A stretch of DNA of 64,000 nucleotides from an uncultured Spirochaetota bacterium (lineage in GTDB: Bacteria; Spirochaetota; Spirochaetia; JAFGXN01): assembly GCA_944390005.1 (NCBI GenBank), contig CALXOJ010000010.1, positions 610-64,609 on the forward strand. Reading direction: 5' to 3'. Shown piece after piece: positions 47,444-57,168 of the stretch. The notes below the pieces were generated by a model that did not search any database, was not told the origin of the DNA, and saw only the letters and a list, made by a program, of their open reading frames with translations. Numbering within the stretch: position 1 is the first letter of the stretch; each line of letters opens with the position of its first letter. The translations under genes and the position numbers were made by a program.

Positions 47444-48499
47444 ATGGGGCGTGTTTCTGAGTATTCGTTCATCAGTGCTAATCTGCGGGCAAAAATCAGC
47501 CGAATCCTTGATGCCGAATTCCTGTTGAAATGTGCCGAGGCGAAAGACCTTGAAACGCTGTTGATGACCTTCAAGGATACCGATTTTGCTTTTTTACAGG
47601 AAGTTTATCACAAGACAGCTGACATTAAGACCTGTGAAAAAGAAGTGCTTGATAACGAAATCGCATATAACAGTTATTTATTCAAACACACAAAGGGAGC
47701 TGTCCGCCGTTTTTGCGAATCGTTGGCGCTCCGTTACGAAGCCGATATTTTAAAAGATGTGCTGCGGCTGTGGTTCGACCGCACGGTGCGTCATCGAAAT
47801 ATTGACGAATACACACCGTATCTTCACCGAGAACCGATCGTTCATACTTTACCGATTGATCCGATTTTAAACGCCGACTCTCCGGAAGCTGTTGCGGAAC
47901 TGCTTTCTTCAACCCCTTACGGAAAAGTTGTGGCGTCAGTGCTGCGTGAAGCTGCCGATACGGAAACCATGTACGGAGTTGAAACGGCAATCGATGCTTA
48001 CGTTTTCCGACAAATGAAGGAATCAGCCGAAAAACTGCCGCTGCTTGACAGACGCATTGCCAAAGAGTATACGGGATTGCTTGTCGATATTGAAAATTTA
48101 AACCGCATTGTCCGTTTGAAACACTACTTCCAATTCGATTCTGCCGCTATTCGAGCTCGGCTGCTGCCCGGCGGTCGGCGGCTGCCGATTCGGGAAGACG
48201 TTTTGCCTGACGGCTTTGAAGAGAACGTCGGCGATTTAGTCAAACGGGTCTTTCCGAATGGCAGCGGAGATAACGTCGGCGAAACAACCACTCATTTTGA
48301 CCGGTTGCTGTTTGTGGAAACGATTTCATCCGAATTGAAAGCAAAACAGGCGCAAAAAGCGCTTGGGGGCAATCCGTTTACTGTCGGTATTGTCATTGCT
48401 TTTTTTATTCTCAAGCGGATAGAAATTCGGCGTATTATCACACTGATGAACGCAAAATACTATCGATTGGAAAAAGAACGCATAAAGGAATTGCTATGA
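47444..48499 (+). CDS. atpC: V-type ATP synthase subunit C
   Basis: 351 aa; the Y.F.SANLRAK N-terminus is typical of subunit C (d-like). Operon context supports the call. Confidence 0.8.
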   Translation: MGRVSEYSFISANLRAKISRILDAEFLLKCAEAKDLETLLMTFKDTDFAFLQEVYHKTADIKTCEKEVLDNEIAYNSYLFKHTKGAVRRFCESLALRYEADILKDVLRLWFDRTVRHRNIDEYTPYLHREPIVHTLPIDPILNADSPEAVAELLSSTPYGKVVASVLREAADTETMYGVETAIDAYVFRQMKESAEKLPLLDRRIAKEYTGLLVDIENLNRIVRLKHYFQFDSAAIRARLLPGGRRLPIREDVLPDGFEENVGDLVKRVFPNGSGDNVGETTTHFDRLLFVETISSELKAKQAQKALGGNPFTVGIVIAFFILKRIEIRRIITLMNAKYYRLEKERIKELL

Positions 48500-50508
48500 T
48501 ACGAACGGCGAAAATGGTGCAGCTTTCCGCTGTTGTCTTGGAAAAATATTTTGATCGGGTGACTCGTGAACTGCTGAGTTTGGGGCAAATGGATTTCATC
48601 TCTGTTAAAGAGGTTTCGCCCTCTTTGGCAAGATCGCTGCGGGATGTGCGCGAAGCCGTGTCCTCTGCTGAGATTAAAGATTTGCGGAAGAAAGTTGAGA
48701 GTATCATGGCGGCGGGAAGAATCGAATATCCGTCCTTGAAACATGTTGACATCAAACCGCTGACTGAAGATGATTTCCGCAGAATGTCGGATGAAGCCGC
48801 GGCGTTGGAAACCGAAATGACAGGTCTTCGCCGACGGCAGCAGGATATGCAGACCGACGTTCTTCATCTCGAAGAAATTCAAAAGCAAGTTTCCGCCGCC
48901 TTGCGGCACAAATCACCCGGACATGATAATCCTTACGCGGCGTTTTTAGTTGCTCGCTATGGAACTTTTGACGGAAATGCGGAGGAATTGCTGCAAGGAC
49001 TGCGCGGTTTTTCGTGCGCATTGATGCCCGTTTCCGAAACCACGTTGAACGAATATGTTTTGATTCATTTAAAACGGGATAGCCTTAAAATCGAAACGGT
49101 GCTGTCTCAAACAGTGTGGAAAGGCAGTGAACCGATTGTGGGAGAGGCTGCCGTCACACCCGAACTGAAGGATCGTTTGGAAAAACAGATTGAAAAAACA
49201 CGGGCGCGGCAAAATGAACTGAAATATGATTTAGAGTCGACGGTCGGAAACGAAAAACAGCGGGTAAAAGATTTGTGGATTGCTTTGCGTGTTGGTGAAA
49301 CTTACTGCGCCATTCAGCAGCGGTTTAATAAAACAGAAAAAACTTTTGTTTTCTCCGGATGGATCGCCGAAAAAATGAAGAAAAAAGTTTCCGACGCAAT
49401 TTATAAATCGTGCGACGGCGACTGTTACATTGAAATCGCCACAGCTGCCGAAGCTGTTGAGGAAGAAGGACTTGTTCCGCCGGTGCTGTTGGAAACACCG
49501 CGGTTCCTCAAACCGTTTGAAACGATCATTACCAACTTTTCGGTGCCGGCTTACGGAACCATTAATCCGTCGTATATTGTCGCACTGACATTTATGCTGA
49601 TGTTTGGGTTGATGTTCGGAGATGTCGGGCACGGAGCCGTCGTTTTTCTTGCCGGATTAATCGGAACCATTGTTGCCAGGAAGAAACGCAAAGCCGATTA
49701 CATCTACAATTTAATGTGTTACTGCGGGATGTCGGCTATCTTTTTCGGCGTTATGTTTGGTTCCTATTTTGGTTATTCGTGGCTGCCGGCCGTCTGGTTC
49801 AATTATCACGGAGCGGTAGAGGGTCACAACGCAACCGGAATGGTTCAGTCGCTCATGCAAATTTTGGCGCTCTCGACATGGTTGGGCGTTGCCATTATTT
49901 CCATGGGAATTCTCTTTTTCTTTTACAATTGTATTTGCTGTCGGAAGTGGTTCGATTTAATTACCGATAAATCGGGGCTTGCCGGCGCGGTGTTTTATTG
50001 GACCGGCGTCGCCTGCGCCTATTTTTTCATGACCGAAGGATCGTTTGCTCGTATTCCGTCGTGGATTTTGCTGCTCGGATTCGGACTCCCAGTTACGGCG
50101 TTTTTTGTGCGGCTGGTAGTTCATTCGATTCATGAGAATGGCGGATTCAAAATTACCGCGCTGCCGATGCTTATCATGGAGCTTCTGATTGAAGTTTTGG
50201 AAGTGTTTTCGGGATTTTTATCAAACACATTGTCATTTCTGCGGGTTGCCGGTTTGGGAATTGCGCACGTCAGTTTAATGCAGGCGTTTTTTATGTTGGC
50301 GGATATGGTCGGAACCGAAACGGTAGCTGCTTCTGTCGGTTCGTGGGCGTTGGTGATTTTCGGAAATGTGCTGGTCATTGCCTTGGAAGGACTTTCGGCG
50401 TTTATTCAAACAATCCGGTTGCATTACTATGAGTTCTTCAATAAATTTTTAATGGGCGGAGGAATTGCGTTCCGTCCTATCGGTTTAGTTGACAAAGGGA
50501 ACGATTGA
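48496..50508 (+). CDS. atpI: V-type ATP synthase subunit I
   Basis: 670 aa with a soluble N-half and a polytopic C-half containing LSFLRVAGLGIAH (conserved Arg). ATGA overlap with atpC. Confidence 0.88.
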   Translation: MIRTAKMVQLSAVVLEKYFDRVTRELLSLGQMDFISVKEVSPSLARSLRDVREAVSSAEIKDLRKKVESIMAAGRIEYPSLKHVDIKPLTEDDFRRMSDEAAALETEMTGLRRRQQDMQTDVLHLEEIQKQVSAALRHKSPGHDNPYAAFLVARYGTFDGNAEELLQGLRGFSCALMPVSETTLNEYVLIHLKRDSLKIETVLSQTVWKGSEPIVGEAAVTPELKDRLEKQIEKTRARQNELKYDLESTVGNEKQRVKDLWIALRVGETYCAIQQRFNKTEKTFVFSGWIAEKMKKKVSDAIYKSCDGDCYIEIATAAEAVEEEGLVPPVLLETPRFLKPFETIITNFSVPAYGTINPSYIVALTFMLMFGLMFGDVGHGAVVFLAGLIGTIVARKKRKADYIYNLMCYCGMSAIFFGVMFGSYFGYSWLPAVWFNYHGAVEGHNATGMVQSLMQILALSTWLGVAIISMGILFFFYNCICCRKWFDLITDKSGLAGAVFYWTGVACAYFFMTEGSFARIPSWILLLGFGLPVTAFFVRLVVHSIHENGGFKITALPMLIMELLIEVLEVFSGFLSNTLSFLRVAGLGIAHVSLMQAFFMLADMVGTETVAASVGSWALVIFGNVLVIALEGLSAFIQTIRLHYYEFFNKFLMGGGIAFRPIGLVDKGND

Positions 50509-50537
50509 GTTCCAAAGATAGAAAAAGGAGGCCGAGA

Positions 50538-50891
50538 GTGAAGGCTAAAAATTTGATGGTTTTTTTATTTGTTCTTTTGAGTCTGTTTGTGTCGGTCGGC
50601 GCGTTTGCACAAGATGCCGCGGATGAGGCGACTGCAGCGGAAACAGAGGTTACTGCGTCGGATGAGAGTTCTTCCATGAGAATGTTGGGAGCGCTTATCG
50701 GAGCCGCCGTAGCGTTCGGATTGGGAGCCATCGGTGCCGGTTTGGGTATCGGACAAGTCGGTTCCGCCGCTATGGGTGCGATTGCCGAGAAACCGAATTT
50801 GGCAGGTCAGGCGCTGATTTTTGTTGCGTTGGCTGAAGGTATCGTTGTTTTCGGTTTTATCATGGCGATCATGATTTTGGGCAAAATTTAA
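50538..50891 (+). CDS. atpK: V-type ATP synthase subunit K (proteolipid, single hairpin)
   Basis: GAIGAGLGIGQ and ALAEGIVVFG (ion-binding Glu). GTG 50538 has AAAGGAGG upstream. The N-terminus resembles a signal peptide. Confidence 0.8.
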   Translation: MKAKNLMVFLFVLLSLFVSVGAFAQDAADEATAAETEVTASDESSSMRMLGALIGAAVAFGLGAIGAGLGIGQVGSAAMGAIAEKPNLAGQALIFVALAEGIVVFGFIMAIMILGKI

Positions 50892-50894
50892 CGC

Positions 50895-51200
50895 ATGAAA
50901 TACTTTGTTATCGGTGATCAAGATACGGTCTTGGGTTTCAATTTAGCCGGAGTCGAAGGTAAAATCGTCTCCGGAAAAGAAGAAACTGAAACCGCATTCT
51001 CCGAAGCATTGAATGTTCCCGATGTAGCGATTGTTGTGATTACCGAAAAATGTGCGGCGTTGATTCGCGAAGAGCTGGAAAACTATCTTTTTACGAAGGA
51101 TTTCCCGCTGATTGTCGAAATTCCCGACAGAAGCGGACCGGATCCTCAACGGCCTTCACTAAAGCAAACGATTAACGCCGCCATCGGAATCAAATTATAG
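50895..51200 (+). CDS. atpF: V-type ATP synthase subunit F
   Basis: 101 aa, starting KYFVIGDQDTVLGFNLAGVEG. Confidence 0.8.
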   Translation: MKYFVIGDQDTVLGFNLAGVEGKIVSGKEETETAFSEALNVPDVAIVVITEKCAALIREELENYLFTKDFPLIVEIPDRSGPDPQRPSLKQTINAAIGIKL

Positions 51201-51210
51201 GCGGTAATTT

Positions 51211-51846
51211 GTGGAAAGAAAAGAGAGTTTAGGCTCAATTGAATTTCTTGATGTCATCGTTGAAGACGCACAAAAGACGGCTGAAACCGTTTTGAAAGAA
51301 GCGGAAGCTGCGGCGGAGGTAAAAAGAAAATCCGCCCGAGAAGAAATGGCAAAAATTGATGCGTTTTTTGCTGAAAAAACCGAATCGGAAAAACAAAGAG
51401 TCGAAAAAAGCAGCCGAAACAACATCGAAATGGAGAACCGGCGAACGGCTTTGGTATTGCGGGAGCAAGTTATCGCGGATTCGATTCAGGAGGCGGTCGA
51501 GAAGGTGAAAGAGTTTGCCTCTTCGCCTCAATATAAAGACGTGATGCGTCAATTGCTGACGGAAGCGGTCTACGGAATCGGAAAACCGGATCTGATTGTT
51601 TCAATCAGTGCGGCTGAGGCCAACGTTGTCACACAGCCGGCGTTGGATCAATGGGCCCAAGAACTTTCGAAAGAGATCGGAGTCTCTTTGAAATTGGAAT
51701 TGGCTCCTTTGCGTTTGCGGAAGCAGGGAATTATGCTTTCCGATCGGGAAGGACGGGTTGTCTATGACAATCTGTTCGAAACGAGACTGATACGTTATCA
51801 GTCTGAGATCCGAAAGGCGGTTTCCTTGGTCATTTCCCGGAGTTGA
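51211..51846 (+). CDS. atpE: V-type ATP synthase subunit E
   Basis: About 210 aa with a charged helical N-terminus and globular C-terminus. Operon position supports the call. Confidence 0.75.
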   Translation: MERKESLGSIEFLDVIVEDAQKTAETVLKEAEAAAEVKRKSAREEMAKIDAFFAEKTESEKQRVEKSSRNNIEMENRRTALVLREQVIADSIQEAVEKVKEFASSPQYKDVMRQLLTEAVYGIGKPDLIVSISAAEANVVTQPALDQWAQELSKEIGVSLKLELAPLRLRKQGIMLSDREGRVVYDNLFETRLIRYQSEIRKAVSLVISRS

Positions 51847-51851
51847 AAAAT

Positions 51852-53630
51852 ATGGCAGAACGAATTATTGGACAAATCAGGCGGGTTAACGGTCCCGTCA
51901 TCGAAGTGAAAAATGTTTCTGACGCGCTGAACATGGAGTTGATTCACGTCGGCGAATCGAAGTTAATAGGGGAAGTCATTAAGCTGCATGATGACCGTGC
52001 CGTTATTCAAGTTTATGAAGACGCAACCGGACTGGCGCCGGAGGACAACGTTTACGGCAGCGGCGGCCCTCTCTCCGTTGAATTGGGTCCGGGAATGCTC
52101 GGAACCATCTACGATGGTATTCAGCGCCCGCTTGACGTACTGCGCGATATGTCCGGCAGTTATATCGAAAAAGGAATCAACGCACCGTCGCTTTCCCGTG
52201 ACAAAAAGTGGCATTTTGTTCCGAACAGCGAACTGTCGGTTGGCAGCGAAGTCAAAGGCGGTCAAACGCTGGGCACTGTACAGGAAACCTCTTCGGTTTC
52301 CCACAAAATCATGGTGCCGCCGGACGTATGCGGTATTTTAAAAACGCTGGCGGCTGAGGGTGACTTTACGGTTGACGAAACGGCGGCTGTCATTGACTGC
52401 GGCGGAATTGAAAAAACGATTGCCTTTTTTCAAAAATGGCCGATTCGCGTTCCTCGCCCTGTCGGACAGCGGATGCCGCTGAACATTCCCCTTATTACGG
52501 GGCAAAGGGTCATCGATACGCTTTTTCCGCTGGCAAAAGGCGGAACGGTCGCCATTCCCGGCGGTTTCGGAACCGGAAAAACAATGACGCAGCACGCCAT
52601 CGCCAAATGGTGTGACGCCGACATCATCGTTTACGTCGGCTGCGGCGAACGCGGCAACGAGATGACTGACGTTCTGACCGAATTTCCGCGTCTGATTGAC
52701 CCGCGCACGGGGAAAAGCCTGATGGAGCGGACCGTATTGATTGCCAATACATCGAATATGCCGGTCTCCGCCCGCGAAGCGAGTATTTACACCGGCGTGA
52801 CGATTGCCGAATACTTCCGCGACATGGGGCTGAACGTTGCCATTATGGCCGATTCAACATCCCGGTGGGCCGAAGCGCTGCGCGAACTTTCCGGCCGCAT
52901 GGAAGAGATGCCGGCGGAAGAGGGTTTCCCCGCCTATCTGCCTACGAGAATCGCTGAGTTTTATGAGCGTGCCGGTTATATGCAGACTTTAGGCGGCGAA
53001 GAGGGATCGGTTTCCATCATCGGTGCGGTTTCGCCTCCCGGGGGAGATTTTTCCGAACCTGTCACTCAGCATACGAAACGGTTTGTCCGCTGCTTCTGGG
53101 GATTAGACAAACAGCTCGCCAATGCTCGTCACTATCCTGCCATTTCATGGTTAGACAGTTATAGTGAATACGTTTCCGATTTGAGCGCCTACTTTGCCCG
53201 CGTTGCCGGAGAAGAATTTATCTCCGAACGGGAAGAGATGATGGAGCTTCTGCAAAAAGAAGTCCGACTTCAACAGGTCGTCAAATTGGTAGGACCTGAC
53301 GCGCTGCCCGACAGCCAGCGATTTATCATCGAAATTTGCTCGCTCTTCAAAAACGGCTTTCTTCAGCAAAACGCGTTCGACGACATCGATAAATTCTCTA
53401 CTATTGAAAAACAGAAGTCGATGCTGAGTCTGATTCTCCAATATTACCGCCGCGGATCTGAAGCCATCAAAAAAGGCATTCCGCTGTCCAAAATCAGAAG
53501 AATGCCCGTTGTTTCGGATTTAGTCAAAATGAAACTGACGATTGCCAACGGAGATACCGACAGCTTCGACAAACTGGCGCTTTCTTTGGAGAAGAGCATC
53601 TCTAAACTGGAGGCTTTGTATGCAGAATAA
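51852..53630 (+). CDS. atpA: V-type ATP synthase catalytic subunit A
   Basis: P-loop GGFGTGKT and the non-homologous insert typical of A subunits. ATG 51852 is preferred over TTG 51843. Confidence 0.93.
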   Translation: MAERIIGQIRRVNGPVIEVKNVSDALNMELIHVGESKLIGEVIKLHDDRAVIQVYEDATGLAPEDNVYGSGGPLSVELGPGMLGTIYDGIQRPLDVLRDMSGSYIEKGINAPSLSRDKKWHFVPNSELSVGSEVKGGQTLGTVQETSSVSHKIMVPPDVCGILKTLAAEGDFTVDETAAVIDCGGIEKTIAFFQKWPIRVPRPVGQRMPLNIPLITGQRVIDTLFPLAKGGTVAIPGGFGTGKTMTQHAIAKWCDADIIVYVGCGERGNEMTDVLTEFPRLIDPRTGKSLMERTVLIANTSNMPVSAREASIYTGVTIAEYFRDMGLNVAIMADSTSRWAEALRELSGRMEEMPAEEGFPAYLPTRIAEFYERAGYMQTLGGEEGSVSIIGAVSPPGGDFSEPVTQHTKRFVRCFWGLDKQLANARHYPAISWLDSYSEYVSDLSAYFARVAGEEFISEREEMMELLQKEVRLQQVVKLVGPDALPDSQRFIIEICSLFKNGFLQQNAFDDIDKFSTIEKQKSMLSLILQYYRRGSEAIKKGIPLSKIRRMPVVSDLVKMKLTIANGDTDSFDKLALSLEKSISKLEALYAE

Positions 53631-55050
53631 CGAAATTTCGTTTGCCGATAAAAAATACATCAGCGGACGCGAATACGTCGGCGTTAACCGAATCGAAGGT
53701 TCTTTGGTTGTCGTAAAAAAAACTCATCCGGTCGGTTATCAGGAGCTGGTGGAAGTTTTAGACCGAAACGGCAACATCCGCCGCGGTATGGTTTTGGATA
53801 CATCCGACACGGCTGTCACCGTTCAGATTTTTGAAGGCACTACCGGTTTGGATATGCCGCACACCAAAGTCCGATTCATGGGAGAGCCTTTGAAACTGGG
53901 CGTTTCCGAAAAAATGCTCGGACGGGTTTTTAACGGTCTGGGCATTCCGAAAGACGGCGGTCCCGTCCCCGTTGCGGAAAAAGAAGAAGACGTTAACGGC
54001 CGGCCGATTAATCCCACCTCGCGCGTTTATCCGCGAGATTTTATTCAAACCGGAATCAGCGTCATCGACGGAATGAATACCCTTATCCGCGGACAGAAGC
54101 TGCCGATTTTTTCCGGAAACGGATTACCCCACAACGAGCTGGCGGCGCAAATTGCAAGGCAGGCGCGGCTGGTTGGCGAAGAAACCAACTTTGCCGTTGT
54201 TTTTGCTGCAATGGGAGTCAAAAACGACGTTGCCCGCTTTTTTATCAAATCGTTCGAAGAATCGGGAGTTTTGTCAAATGTTGCGCTTTTTCTTTCGCTG
54301 GCCGATGATCCGTCGATTGAACGGAAAATCACGCCGCGGACGGCTTTGACACTTGCCGAATATTTGGCATACGACAAGGGCATGCACGTTTTGGTGATTC
54401 TGACCGATATGGCCAATTATTGTGAATCGCTGCGGGAAATTTCCACTCAACGCGGCGAAATTCCGTCACGAAAAGGCTATCCGGGGTATCTTTATTCCGA
54501 TTTGGCCGAAATTTACGAACGTTCGGGAATGATTGAGGGCTGTAAAGGTTCCATTACACAGCTGCCGATTCTCACCATGCCGAACGATGACATTACCCAC
54601 CCGATTCCGGACCTCTCCGGATATATTACCGAGGGACAAATCGTTTTCGATCGCGAAATGCACGGAAAATCGATTTACCCGCCGGTCGCCGGACTGCCGT
54701 CGCTTTCCCGATTGATGAAAGACGGAATCGGTGAAGGCATGACCCGTAAAGATCACCCGCACCTTTCCAGTCAGCTGTTTGCTTCTTACAGTTATGTGAA
54801 GGATGTCCGCAACCTTGCATCGGTTATCGGTGAGGAAGAGCTGACGCCGCTGGATAAACGCTACATGGAATTCGGCGAAAAGTTCGAGAGGGAGTTTGTC
54901 AACCAGGGAATGACGACCAACCGCAGCATCGAAGAAACGCTCGATTTGGGTTGGGACTGTCTGCGGCTGCTGCCGCGCGAAGAGCTCCACCGCGTAACGG
55001 AGGAGGAGCTGGTCGAATATTACGACAGCAGAGAGGAAGTCGGAGACTGA
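53620..55050 (+). CDS. atpB: V-type ATP synthase subunit B
   Basis: Conserved B-subunit core. ATG 53620 has GGAGG upstream and overlaps the atpA end. The listed start 53542 is inside atpA. Confidence 0.93.
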   Translation: MQNNEISFADKKYISGREYVGVNRIEGSLVVVKKTHPVGYQELVEVLDRNGNIRRGMVLDTSDTAVTVQIFEGTTGLDMPHTKVRFMGEPLKLGVSEKMLGRVFNGLGIPKDGGPVPVAEKEEDVNGRPINPTSRVYPRDFIQTGISVIDGMNTLIRGQKLPIFSGNGLPHNELAAQIARQARLVGEETNFAVVFAAMGVKNDVARFFIKSFEESGVLSNVALFLSLADDPSIERKITPRTALTLAEYLAYDKGMHVLVILTDMANYCESLREISTQRGEIPSRKGYPGYLYSDLAEIYERSGMIEGCKGSITQLPILTMPNDDITHPIPDLSGYITEGQIVFDREMHGKSIYPPVAGLPSLSRLMKDGIGEGMTRKDHPHLSSQLFASYSYVKDVRNLASVIGEEELTPLDKRYMEFGEKFEREFVNQGMTTNRSIEETLDLGWDCLRLLPREELHRVTEEELVEYYDSREEVGD

Positions 55051-55054
55051 ATCG

Positions 55055-55687
55055 ATGAAAAAAATAGCGCCGACGAAATCGAATTTGATGAAGACCCGCG
55101 ACGAGCTGAAGTTTGCCAAACTCGGATTCGATTTGCTCGATCAAAAACGCAGTATTTTGGTCTCCGAGTTGGTCAACTTGACCGAACGGGCGGAAACGCA
55201 GCAGCGCGCTTTGGAAAATACACTGGCGGAAGCCTACAAAAGTTTGGAAAACGCCGTTCTTCGAATGGGAAAATTGAAAATTCATTCGCTGTCGGCTGCC
55301 GTCAACATCGAATCGTCAATTAAATTGTCGTCACGAAAAGTGATGGGCGTAGGACTGCCGGTCGTCAACACCGATTTTCACGAAAAAGCACCGTATTTCA
55401 GTATGACCGATACGCCGTTTTACATCGACGAGGCGGTTTCGCGGTTCAAAACGGCTGTCGAATCGATGGGCGAGTTTGCCGAAATCAAAATCTCGATTAT
55501 GCGGTTGGCTCGTGAAGTCAAAAAAACGATTCGGAAAGTCAACGCGCTTGAAAAAATCGCCATTCCCGATTTAGAAGAGACCGTCCGTCACATTGCCAAT
55601 CGTTTGGAAGAAGCGGAGCGGGAAAATTTGATTCTAATGAAAACCATCAAGGAGCGGCTTGAAAAAGCAAGTGAGGAAGAAGAATGA
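55055..55687 (+). CDS. atpD: V-type ATP synthase subunit D
   Basis: Starts PTKSNLMKTRDELKFAKLGFDLLDQKR. Confidence 0.88.
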   Translation: MKKIAPTKSNLMKTRDELKFAKLGFDLLDQKRSILVSELVNLTERAETQQRALENTLAEAYKSLENAVLRMGKLKIHSLSAAVNIESSIKLSSRKVMGVGLPVVNTDFHEKAPYFSMTDTPFYIDEAVSRFKTAVESMGEFAEIKISIMRLAREVKKTIRKVNALEKIAIPDLEETVRHIANRLEEAERENLILMKTIKERLEKASEEEE

Positions 55688-56172
55688 AATTGATCAGCAG
55701 AATATTGGTGTATATCGACGATTCCGACACCGCTATCGCCGCGGTTCAGACCGCCGTACTGCTGGCGAAAAAGTTTGATGCAGAGCTTTTTGGGCTTTAC
55801 GTCATCAATACGAAAGCGTTGAGCGATTTGGTGAAAGCGCGTATTTTTGTTGAAAGTGAACGGGAAGAGTACGCGCAGGAATTGGAAGCCGATGCCGAAC
55901 GGTATTTGCGGTTGGCGCGGAAGTTGGCGGCCGCTAAAAAAATCGACATCGTAGCGGAGAAAATTCAAGGAACGCCGCACAGGGAAATCAGAGAATTTGT
56001 CGAAAACAATAAAATTGATTTACTGATTGTCGGCGTTGACAATGATCGCATGAAAAGTCTGCGCGAAGAGGCGGTCGGCGACAAAGACGTTGCAATCAGG
56101 CGGGTTCCTTGCGATGTTTTGTGTGTCAAAAATGAAGAAAGAGCCGAACTTTGTTTCGATACGGAGGAGTAA
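55684..56172 (+). CDS. universal stress protein (UspA family)
   Basis: ILVYIDDSD...A and DLLIVGV ... VPCDVLCV pattern. ATGA overlap with atpD. Confidence 0.8.
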   Translation: MKLISRILVYIDDSDTAIAAVQTAVLLAKKFDAELFGLYVINTKALSDLVKARIFVESEREEYAQELEADAERYLRLARKLAAAKKIDIVAEKIQGTPHREIREFVENNKIDLLIVGVDNDRMKSLREEAVGDKDVAIRRVPCDVLCVKNEERAELCFDTEE

Positions 56173-56173
56173 A

Positions 56174-56620
56174 ATGGCACTGGCAAGTTTAATCAAAAAA
56201 GAGCATATCAAAGTTCCGATGACCGCTCAAACAAAAACCGCAGCTATCAACGAGTTGCTGGAATTTCTAAAAGAAAACGGCTGTTTTACGGACATCAAAA
56301 CCGTCTCGGCCGCCGTTTTTGAGCGGGAAGCGCTTTCGTCAACCGGTTTGGGCGACGGCATTGCGGTTCCGCATGCCAAAACGGATGCAATTTCCGCGCC
56401 GGCATTGGCAATCGGTGTTTCAAAAAACGGTATTGACTTTCAGTCGCACGACGGCGAACCGGTCTACGTCGTTTTCCTGATGATTGCGCCGAAAAGCCAG
56501 CCCGGACAGCACATTGAAGCGCTGTCGGAAATCGCTAAAATGATGCAGGCGCCGATTGTGATGAAAATGCTGAAAAAAGCCGACACTGCTCAGGACGTCA
56601 TCGACGTTTTGTCCGAGTAG
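56174..56620 (+). CDS. PTS EIIA (fructose/mannitol/Ntr type), PtsN-like
   Basis: GLGDGIAVPHAK carries the active-site His. ATG 56174 has GGAGGAG upstream. Confidence 0.8.
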   Translation: MALASLIKKEHIKVPMTAQTKTAAINELLEFLKENGCFTDIKTVSAAVFEREALSSTGLGDGIAVPHAKTDAISAPALAIGVSKNGIDFQSHDGEPVYVVFLMIAPKSQPGQHIEALSEIAKMMQAPIVMKMLKKADTAQDVIDVLSE

Positions 56621-56642
56621 CGGTTTTTTCAAGGAGAAGCGG

Positions 56643-56678
56643 GCTCTCATCCGTAAATGCGGATGAGAGCTTTTGCGT
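56643..56678 (+). terminator. rho-independent terminator
   Basis: Stem gctctcatccg pairs with cggatgagagc, followed by TTTT. Confidence 0.8.
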
Positions 56679-56749
56679 TTAGAAATTCCTGTGGTATTTT
56701 TTTCTGTGATTTTTCACTTTCGCAGCATATCGAGGCTGCGGAATTTTGG

Positions 56750-56785
56750 TAAAAAAAAGGGATGCGGCTGCGCATCCCTTTTCAG
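56750..56785 (-). terminator. rho-independent terminator
   Basis: Stem gggatgcg / loop gctg / stem cgcatccc, with T8 on the minus strand. Confidence 0.75.
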
Positions 56786-56798
56786 AAAACTGTTGTTC

Positions 56799-57041
56799 TT
56801 ATTCGGCAACAACAGCAGCGTCTTCGACAACTGCTTCGTCAACAACTGCTGCGTCTTCAGTGACAACACTTTCCTCAGTTTCAACATCGGCAACAACAGG
56901 TTCATCGATAGTCGTCGGAGCGACAACAGTTTCATCCATTGTAACTGTTTCTTCCGCAGCATCTTTCGTTTTTTTGCATCCAACAATTACCATAGACGCA
57001 AAAATTAAAGCTGTAATAAATAAAAGACCGGTTTTTTTCAT
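56799..57041 (-). CDS. small acidic Val/Glu/Asp-rich lipoprotein
   Basis: Lipobox IVGC and SD GGAGG. It is framed by its own terminator. Confidence 0.6.
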   Translation of the reverse strand: MKKTGLLFITALIFASMVIVGCKKTKDAAEETVTMDETVVAPTTIDEPVVADVETEESVVTEDAAVVDEAVVEDAAVVAE

Positions 57042-57168
57042 TTATAAGACCTCCGTTTTATGGGAAAATTCCCTTTATGATGCATAATTATACATTAAAA
57101 AGAAGAAAAAGAAAAGAGGTTTTATTAAAAAAATTTATATAATTTATCGATCAATTTGTTTGTAAAAT

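Noticed and set aside
50676-50891. An internal ATG start for atpK that would give a plain 2-TM c subunit.
   Set aside because: It would leave 168 nt of untranslated but open frame in a tightly packed operon. GTG 50538 has a perfect AAAGGAGG SD. I kept this as an alternative only.
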